Shown here: positions 1-9,729 of the stretch, one piece after another
Layout of the letters: the number at the start of each line of letters is the position of its first letter
Position numbering within the stretch: the stretch's first letter is position 1
Source: Nemertoderma westbladi
Taxonomy: Eukaryota > Animalia > Xenacoelomorpha
DNA: 64,000 nt
Assembly: GCA_032718475.1 (NCBI GenBank)
Contig: JAUCBJ010007057.1
Location: forward strand, 17,494 to 81,493
Direction of reading: 5' to 3'
Made by a program: the position numbers and the translations under genes
Notes under the pieces: model-generated
Seen by the model: only the letters and a program-made list of their open reading frames with translations
What the model was told of the DNA's origin: nothing
Database searches by the model: none

Positions 1-120
1 TATTTTTAAAATAAATGAGGTGCGTTGATTTTAATGAGAATGAATTTATTAGTCACTTAATATTATTATTAACATAAGTTTACCTATATTATTGCTTATC
101 ATATATATTCTTCATTTGTG

Positions 121-240
121 TTAATTAAAGATAACAATAGTAAAGGTTTTCAACCTACCGGTCTGCATCAGACTATATAACTAGCAACTCATTAGCAGAC
201 CGGTAGGTCGAAAACGTTTACTATTGTTATCTTTAATTAA
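121..240. repeat. Short foldback / MITE-like hairpin with 46-bp arms
   Basis: 121-166 is the reverse complement of 195-240 with 2 mismatches; 28-bp spacer; both ends read TTAATTAA. Confidence 0.8.
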
Positions 241-275
241 TATAATAAACCAGCTAAAGACCCTCAATATTTTAT

Positions 276-3200
276 TTTATTTCTACCATCCATACACTAT
301 GTTACCGCTGGTTAATGCCTACCACTTCATCCGTTCATTTATTTCTACCATCCATACACTATGTTACCGCTGGTTAATGCCTACCACTTCATCCGTTCGT
401 TTATTTCTACCACCCATACACTATGTTACCGCTGGTTAATGCCTACCACTTCATCCGTTCGTTTATTTCTACCATCCATACACTATGTTACCGCTGGTTA
501 ATGCCTACCACTTCATCCGTTCGTTTATTTCTACCACCCAGACACTATGTTACCGCTGGTGAATGCCTACCACTTCATCCGTTCGTTTATTTCTACCATC
601 CATACACAATGTTACCGCTGGTTAATGCCTACCACTTCATCCGTTCGTTTATTTCTATCATCCATACACTATGTTACCGCTGGTTAATGCCTACCACTTC
701 ATCCGTTCGTTTATTTCTACCACCCAGACACTATGTTACCGCTGGTTAATGCCTACCACTTCATCCGTTCGTTTATTTCTACCACCCATACACAATGTTA
801 CCGCTGGTTAATGCCTACCACTTCATCCGTTCGTTTATTTCTATCATCCATACACTATGTTACCGCTGGTTAATGCCTACCACTTCATCCGTTTGTTTAT
901 TTCTACCACCCAGACACTATGTTACCGCTGGTTAATGCCTACCACTTCATCCGTTCGTTTATTTCTACCACCCATACACTATGTTACCGCTGGTTAATGC
1001 CTACCACTTCATCCGTTCGTTTATTTCTACCATCCATACACTATGTTACCGCTGGTTAATGCCTACCACTTCATCCGTTCGTTTATTTCTACCACCCAGA
1101 CACTATGTTACCGCTGGTGAATGCCTACCACTTCATCCGTTCGTTTATTTCTACCATCCATACACAATGTTACCGCTGGTTAATGCCTACCACTTCATCC
1201 GTTCGTTTACTTCTACCATCCATACACAATGTTACCGCTGGTTAATGCCTACCACTTCATCCGTTCGTTTATTTCTACCATCCATACACTATGTTACCGC
1301 TGGTGAATGCCTACCACTTCATCCGTTCGTTTATTTCTACCATCCATACACAATGTTACCGCTGGTTAATGCCTACCACTTCATCCGTTCGTTTATTTCT
1401 ACCACCCAGACACTATGTTACCGCTGGTTAATGCCTACCACTTCATCCGTTCGTTTATTTCTACCACCCAGACACTATGTTGCCGCTGGTTAATGCCTAC
1501 CACTTCATCCGTTCGTTTATTTCTACCATCCATACATTATGTTACCGCTGGTTAATGCCTACCACTTCATCTGTTCGTTTATTTCTACCACCCAGACACT
1601 ATGTTACCGCTGGTGAATGCCTACCACTTCATCCGTTCGTTTATTTCTATCATCCATACACTATGTTACCGCTGGTTAATGCCTACCACTTCATCCGTTC
1701 GTTTATTTCTACCACCCAGACACTATATTACCGCTGGTGAATGCCTACCACTTCATCCGTTCGTTTATTTCTACCATCCATACACTATGTTACCGCTGGT
1801 TGATGCCTACCACTTCATCCGTTCGTTTATTTCTACCACCCAGACACTATGTTACCGCTGGTTAATGCCTACCACTTCATCCGTTCGTTTATTTCTACCA
1901 TCCATACACTATGTTACCGCTGGTTAATGCCTACCACTTCATCCGTTTGTGTATTTCTACCACCCAGACACTATGTTACCGCTGGTTAATGCCTACCAAT
2001 TCATCCGTTCGTATATTTCTACCATCCATACACTATGTTACCGCTGGTTAATGCCTACCACTTCATCCGTTCGTTTATTTCTATCATCCATACACTATGT
2101 TACCGCTGGTTAATGCCTACCACTTCATCCGTTCGTTTATTTCTACCATCCATACACTATGTTACCGCTGGTTAATGCCTACCACTTCATCCGTTCGTTT
2201 ATTTCTACCATCCAGACACTATGTTACCGCTGGTTAATGCCTACCACTTCATCTGTTCGTTTATTTCTATCATCCATACACTATGTTACCGCTGGTTAAT
2301 GCCTACCACTTCATCCGTTCGTTTATTTCTGCCATCCATACACTATGTTACCGCTGGTTAATGCCTACCACTTCATCCGTTCGTTTATTTCTACCATCCA
2401 GACACTATGTTACCGCTGGTTAATGCCTACCACTTCATCCGTTCGTTTATTTCTACCATCCATACACTATGTTACCGCTAGTTAATGCCTACCACTTCAT
2501 CCGTTCGTTTATTTCTACCATCCATACACTATGTTACCGCTAGTTAATGCCTACCACTTCATCCGTTCGTTTATTTCTACCATCCATACATTATGTTACC
2601 GCTGGTTAATGCCTACCACTTCATCCGTTCGTTTATTTCTGCCATCCATACACTATGTTACCGCTGGTTAATGCCTACCACTTCATCCGTTCGTTTATTT
2701 CTACCACCCATACACTATGTTACCGCTAGTTAATGCCTACCACTTCATCCGTTCGTTTATTTCTATCATCTATACACTATGTTACCGCTGGTTAATGCCT
2801 ACCACTTCATCCGTTCGTTTATTTCTACCATCCATACACTATGTTACCGCTGGTTAATGCCTACCACTTCATCCGTTCGTTTATTTCTACCACCCATACA
2901 CTATGTTACCGCTGGTTAATGCCTACCACTTCATCCGTTCGTTTATTTCTACCATCCATACACTATGTTATCGCTGGTTAATGCCTACCACTTCATCCGT
3001 TCGTTTATTTCTACCATCCATACACTATGTTATCGCTGGTTAATGCCTACCACTTCATCCGTTCGTTTATTTCTACCATCCATACATTATGTTACCGCTG
3101 GTGAATGCCTACCACTTCATCTGTTCGTTTATTTCTACCACCCATACACTATGTTACCGCTGGTTAATGCCTACCACTTCATCCGTTCGTTTATTTCTAC

Positions 3201-6200
3201 CATCCATACACTATGTTACCGCTGGTTAATGCCTACCACTTCATCCGTTCGTTTATTTCTACCATCCATACACTATGTTACCGCTGGTTAATGCCTACCA
3301 CTTCATCCGTTCGTTTATTTCTACCATCCATACACTATGTTACCGCTGGTTAATGCCTACCACTTCATCCGTTCGTTTATTTCTACCACCCATACACTAT
3401 GTTACCGCTGGTTAATGCCTACCACTTCATCCGTTCGTTTATTTCTACCATCCATACACTATGTTATCGCTGGTTAATGCCTACCACTTAATCCGTTCGT
3501 TTATTTCTACCATCCATACACTATGTTACCGCTGGTTAATGCCTACCACTTCATCCGTTCGTTTATTTCTACCATCCATACACTATGTTATCGCTGGTTA
3601 ATGCCTACCACTTCATCCGTTCGTTTATTTCTACCATCCATACATTATGTTACCGCTGGTGAATGCCTACCACTTCATCTGTTCGTTTATTTCTATCACC
3701 CATACACTATGTTACCGCTGGTTAATGCCTACCACTTCATCCGTTCGTTTATTTCTACCATCCATACACTATGTTACCGCTGGTTAATGCCTACCACTTT
3801 ATCCGTTCCTTTATTTCTACCATCCATACACTATGTTACCGCTGGTTAATGCCTACCACTTCATCCGTTCGTTTATTTCGACCACCCATACACTATGTTA
3901 CCGCTGGTTAATGCCTACCACTTCATCCGTTCGTTTATTTCTACCATCCATACACTATGTTATCGCTGGTTAATGCCTACCACTTAATCCGTTCGTTTAT
4001 TTCTACCATCCATACACTATGTTACCGCTGGTTAATGCCTACCACTTCATCCGTTCGTTTATTTCTACCATCCATACACTATGTTATCGCTGGTTAATGC
4101 CTACCACTTCATCCGTTCGTTTATTTCTACCATCCATACATTATGTTACCGCTGGTGAATGCCTACCACTTCATCTGTTCGTTTATTTCTATCACCCATA
4201 CACTATGTTACCGCTGGTTAATGCCTACCACTTCATCCGTTCGTTTATTTCTACCATCCATACACTATGTTACCGCTGGTTAATGCCTACCACTTTATCC
4301 GTTCCTTTATTTCTACCATCCATACACTATGTTACCGCTGGTTAATGCCTACCACTTCATCCGTTCGTTTATTTCTACCATCCATACACTATGTTACCGC
4401 TGGTTAATGCCTACCACTTCATCCGTTCGTTTATTTCTACCACCCATACACTATGTTACCGCTGGTTAATGCCCACCACTTCATCCGTTCGTTTATTTCT
4501 ACCACCCATACACTATGTTACCGCTGGTTAATGCCTACCACTTCATCCGTTCGTTTATTTCCACCACCCATACACTATGTTACCGCTAGTTAATGCCTAC
4601 CACTTCATCCGTTCGTTTATTTCTTACCACCCATACACTATGTTACCGCTAGTTAATGCCTACCACTTCATCCGTTCGTTTATTTCTACCATCCATACAC
4701 TATGTTACCGCTGGTTAATGCCTACCACTTCATCCGTTCGTTTATTTCTATCATCCATACACTATGTAACCGCTGGTTAATGCCTACCACTTCATCCGTT
4801 CATTTATTTCTACCATCCATACACTATGTTACCGCTGGTTAATGCCTACCACTTCATCCGTTCGTTTATTTCTACCACCCATACACTATGTTACCGCTGG
4901 TTAATGCCTACCACTTCATCCGTTCGTTTATTTCTACCACCCATACACTATGTTACCGCTGGTTAATGCCTACCACTTCATCCGTTCGTTTATTTCTACC
5001 ACCCATACACTATGTTACCGCTAGTTAATGCCTACCACTTCATCCGTTCGTTTATTTCTTACCACCCATACACTATGTTACCGCTGGTTAATGCCTACCA
5101 CTTCATCCGTTCGTTTATTTCTACCACCCATACACTATGTTACCGCTGGTTAATGCCTACCACTTCATCCGTTCGTTTATTTCTACCACCCATACACTAT
5201 GTTACCGCTAGTTAATGCCTACCACTTCATCCGTTCGTTTATTTCTTACCACCCATACACTATGTTACCGCTAGTTAATGCCTACCACTTCATCCGTTCG
5301 TTTATTTCTACCATCCATACACTATGTTACCGCTGGTTAATGCCTACCACTTCATCCGTTCATTTATTTCTACCATCCATACACTATGTTACCGCTGGTT
5401 AATGCCTACCACTTCATCCGTTCGTTTATTTCTACCACCCATACACTATGTTACCGCTGGTTAATGCCTACCACTTCATCCGTTCGTTTATTTCTACCAC
5501 CCATACACTATGTTATCGCTGGTTAATGCCTACCACTTCATCCGTTCGTTTATTTCTACCACCCATACACTATGTTACCGCTGGTTAATGCCTACCACTT
5601 CATCCGTTCGTTTATTTCTACCACCCATACACTATGTTACCGCTAGTTAATGCCTACCACTTCATCCGTTCGTTTATTTCTTACCACCCATACACTATGT
5701 TACCGCTGGTTAATGCCTACCACTTCATCCGTTCGTTTATTTCTACCACCCATACACTATGTTACCGCTGGTTAATGCCTACCACTTCATCCGTTCGTTT
5801 ATTTCTACCACCCATACACTATGTTACCGCTAGTTAATGCCTACCACTTCATCCGTTCGTTTATTTCTACCATCCATACACTATGTTACCGCTGGTTAAT
5901 GCCTACCACTTCATCCGTTCGTTTATTTCTTACCACCCATACACTATGTTACCGCTAGTTAATGCCTACCACTTCATCCGTTCGTTTATTTCTACCATCC
6001 ATACACTATGTTACCGCTGGTTAATGCCTACCACTTCATCCGTTCGTTTATTTCTATCATCCATACACTATGTAACCGCTGGTTAATGCCTACCACTTCA
6101 TCCGTTCGTTTATTTCTACCATCCATACATTATGTTACCGCTGGTGAATGCCTACCACTTCATCCGTTTGTTTATTTCTACCACCCATACACTATGTTAC

Positions 6201-6372
6201 CGCTGGTGAATGCCTACCACTTCATCCGTTCGTTTATTTCTACCATCCATACACTATGTTACCGCTGGTTAATGCCTACCACTTCATCCGTTCGTTTATT
6301 TCTATCATCTATACACTATGTTACCGCTGGTTAATGCCTACCACTTCATCCGTTCGTTTATTTCTACTATCC
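276..6372. repeat. 62-bp tandem satellite, left arm (~98 units)
   Basis: Head-to-tail unit CTATGTTACCGCTGGTTAATGCCTACCACTTCATCCGTTCGTTTATTTCTACCATCCATACA with scattered point variants and no unique spacers. Confidence 0.98.
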
Positions 6373-6650
6373 TGTAAAGGCTTTTGCGTAATTAGCCGGT
6401 TATTTTCCCCGTAAAGTACTCTGTAGTTGGTTTAGCAGGCATAAAAGGCCGTGTCCTTACTGTACTGTTGTTTTAGAGGACATAAAAGCCATTTCTTCTG
6501 TATGTGTACTTTAACGGACATGATTAGCAATTTTATGACGCAATGCGCCAAATCCTCTGTAAACAGTGTAGCTACCATGACGACGGCGAACAGCTGATGC
6601 TGTACACGTGTAGATTTTCTTTGTTCTCTGTGCCTTCTTTGTTCGGTCGA

Positions 6651-6712
6651 CCAATCAGAGCGTTTTTGCCTCTGTGTTGGAGATATATACAAACTCGTGG
6701 AGTTGAGTCAGT
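6651..6712 (+). promoter_or_regulatory. Candidate LTR Pol II core promoter (CCAAT, TATA-like, Inr-like)
   Basis: CCAAT 6651-6655, TATATA 6684-6689, TCAGT 6708-6712; same order in the E2 LTRs. A second conserved TCAGT lies at 6761. Confidence 0.5.
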
Positions 6713-6801
6713 ATGTGATTTTGTCCACAGCCTACAACACCGGCGTGGAACCTCCGTGTTTCAGTCTTTAGTCCAACATTAGTAGGCTTAATTATAGAAC
6801 G

Positions 6802-6813
6802 TATATCCGTTAT
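6802..6813 (+). other. Putative self-primer 12-mer in the E1 LTR (TATATCCGTTAT)
   Basis: Exact reverse complement of 7551-7562; also present at 22589-22600 in the 3' LTR. Confidence 0.75.
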
Positions 6814-7550
6814 CATACCATACCTCACTCACTTAACATATCTCATACCAATTCTGCATTCATAACCATTCATACCTTAAACTTTGTACTGCTATTTACT
6901 GTCGGTTATTCATTATATTTGTTGATGGAATATTATATTTGGAATACTGATAAACAATCAGACACCCCAATCTTCTTGATATACTAAAGGTTAGAGAGAC
7001 CGGATACATATAACGATTGCGACTTACATTAAGTGGTTTGAAGTGAATCTAATGCTATTTTATAGGCCCTACACGTATTGTCTGTTGTTCTCCTTATATG
7101 TGACTAAAATTATTGAAGGTCGGCAGATTAGTGTGCAGCATTGTGCAGTATTGTGTATGATCGTGATTGATAACGAAGCATCTCCTAAAGAATGTGCCAT
7201 ATACGTGAATCTATAGCCATCCCGTTGTGTCTAGTTTAAGTCATAACTCTGTTTATATATTTAGAGCGCCACGTCCTAAAGGAACTGTTAATATTTCCCG
7301 AAAGTGAATAATATTTGTCAGAGATTATATATATTACGATCAGTCGAATAATACAGTAGGCCTACCCCGCAATACGGTTAGGCTCCCGAATCCAGTCTCC
7401 CGGGTATATCCAGCGGGTGAATGATCGCGCATAGACTGGTTTCGGCTAATGTAGTGTATCAAATACTTGTCATAGGCTAAAGACTATCTATCATCTAAAA
7501 GACATCCAAATTTGGCAGGTTAAACTGCTAAAGGTCTGAAAGCGCAAACA

Positions 7551-7562
7551 ATAACGGATATA
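7551..7562 (+). promoter_or_regulatory. Non-tRNA primer-binding site of E1 (ATAACGGATATA)
   Basis: Abuts the terminal CA of the 5' LTR; lacks TGG; complementary to 6802-6813. Confidence 0.75.
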
Positions 7563-7833
7563 GCTTCTGTATTGCAGTAGGCAATAAAGCTGAAGTACCG
7601 GCCAACCGGTACCCAGTAGGCCTGACTACCTAACCACCCGGACCGGTACCTACAGCAGTACAGGTACAGCAGTATTATTCGATTTTGATTATTATATACC
7701 AGTAGGTCTTAATAATTAATCGGGGACGCCTGGTTTTTATTGGGATTTTACTTAGGCCTATTTCTGTCAGTTTTATTTATTTGTAGGCTAATATTGAGCA
7801 GAAGGCGTGTAAGCCTGCTCAGATTGTACAGAC

Positions 7834-8412
7834 AATTTGTAGGCTGGACTGTTGTCTGACTGTTGTTAAGTCTGAAGAGACTGTAGTGTGTGTAGAGCAT
7901 ATGTCCGAAAAAGTACTAGTTAGGAAAGTAGGGGCTGCCAGTGCTGTGAGGTGAACCCCCTCGAAAGAATAAGTCGTACTACTCGGTTAGAACGCATAGT
8001 AACTAACCATTTCGGAGTCTGCATATACTGTAGTGTATTTAGGCTTGATAGTAGTCTGTCAGCGTTTGGTCTGTACTTTGTTTGTGTAGTTTGTATGGGT
8101 AGCGTAATATTTCTTACTTAGATAATTTGTAGGCTGGATTTTGTCTGGCTGTTGTTAGGTCTTGAGAGATTTCGGTGTGTGTAGAGTGTATGTCCGATAA
8201 AGTGCCAGTTGGGAACGTAGGGGCTTCCAGAGCTGTGAGGTAAACCCCCTCGAAAGAATAAGTCGTCCTACTAGGTTAGGACGCATACTAACTAACCATT
8301 TCGGAGTCTGCATATACCGTAGTTTGTTTGGGCTTGATAGTAGTCTGTCAGTATTTGGTCTGCATTTTGTTTGAGTAGTCTGTACGCGTAGCGTAATATT
8401 TATTATTCAGAG
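7834..8412 (+). repeat. Two ~290-bp tandem units in the E1 5' leader
   Basis: Units begin AATTTGTAGGCTGGA at 7834 and 8124; homologous pair in E2 at ~46639-47213. Confidence 0.9.
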
Positions 8413-9349
8413 TTTATGCGATTATTCGCAACATTCATTCCACAAGTTTATTCCTACAGTAATTGTGCTTGTTATATATACCGTTATAGTTAAACTAACC
8501 CCGGTACTACATCAGGGCTGCTTGGCGTAGGTAAAGACTGGAGATTTTATGATTTGGTCACTCCGGCAGATACCGTGGTTCTTTTATCTGTTCAAGTATT
8601 TTTAACTACTGATTATTTGTTGTATAAGTACTTGTACCTAATTTAGGGTTTAGTGTACAGTGCTTTCCGAAGGTGATTAGTGTGTAGGCAGTATATTTGT
8701 GTTGTAAAGTGGTTAATAGGCACATTGGTTCTGGTAGACCGCGGTAATTAACTTCTAGGTAGGAACACTCCGTGATACATAATGTAGTACTTATAGCGAT
8801 ACGGCTATAAGTCGTCAGACGGTGGTATTTTCCTATCTGGACAACGCAGTATATTTACTACTACTTATTATTTTCAAATACCGTAGTACCCTGTCCTTTG
8901 TAATAACCAGATATTCTAACCCTTTGTTAGGCTGGTTAGAAGACTTCTTGTAAAATTACCCTAAAAATTCGTACTTGTAAATTTTGTGTTTATTTAGAGA
9001 TTGTAATCTCAACCCGGATTGTACGTAATTTGTAGTATTAAGTAACTTAGGTAAATTAGAATTATTTGTTTTAGTGTCCAACAAGTAGCACTCCACTGAG
9101 AGCGCACAGCTTCTGTGTAGTGACTCCCCCCAGAAATAATAACATTTATTTCAAATATTGACAAAACCCATTAAACGGGTATATATATATTATAAATCAA
9201 CTCAAAGATTTATAAATAGTAGGCCTGCCATACAACAATTAGGTCTAAATATCAGTTGGACTACTGCTTAAATAACGGTAATAAAGTAAGTTAAAGTAAC
9301 CAAGTAACCCCTGAAATTTCAGAAATTCAGTTATTCTAAAATAACTGAC

Positions 9350-9595
9350 ATACCGGTATTAACGATAGGCCTATTATATATTTATAAATTTAGGCTGAAA
9401 TTATACCGGTATTCTGTAATCAATTCTAGTCTGTAATTATACTTATATATATACTATAAGTGTAAGCTGTATACCGGTATTCACGATAGGCCTATTATAT
9501 ATTTATATATACTTGTGCTGGAATTACATACCGGTATTCTGTGACAAACCTAGTCTGTAATAATACTTATATATACTATAAGCATACCGGTATTC
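9350..9595 (+). repeat. ~120-bp tandem duplication with repeated ATACCGGTAT palindromes upstream of gag
   Basis: ATACCGGTAT occurs five times; units start near 9350 and 9471; retained in E2 near 45470-45710. Confidence 0.75.
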
Positions 9596-9729
9596 TAATA
9601 TATTATATATATATCACGCTACACTGAGTAGCAGTATCGGTAATTAATTACTAGGCTAACAGTGATACTGAATTACTAGACTTGCTTAAACTGTAATATA
9701 GCAGTAGGCATTCAACTGTACAAACGAAC

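Larger units (their letters stand above)
6373..7550 (+). repeat. E1 5' LTR (1178 bp)
   Basis: Starts TGTAAAGGC and ends GCGCAAACA; direct repeat of 22155-23339 with about a dozen differences. Confidence 0.97.

Noticed and set aside
276-6372. CRISPR array or repeat-protein gene in the 62-bp array
   Set aside because: No unique spacers and no cas genes in a eukaryotic TE context; the ORFs are frame-cycling artefacts of a 62-bp unit.
7569-7580. U2 snRNA stem-loop IV-like GTATTGCAGTA
   Set aside because: Only about 11 nt match and it is in the sense orientation; a local hairpin explains it.
7785-7835. Twister-like motif (TAA...GGCGTGTAAGCC)
   Set aside because: The TAA is replaced by CAG in E2, and the P1/P2 stems do not form.
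7944-7980. Hammerhead-like CTGTGAG...CTCGAAA in the leader repeat
   Set aside because: The core lacks CUGANGA, and E2 has CTGTAAG...CTAAAG at the same position.
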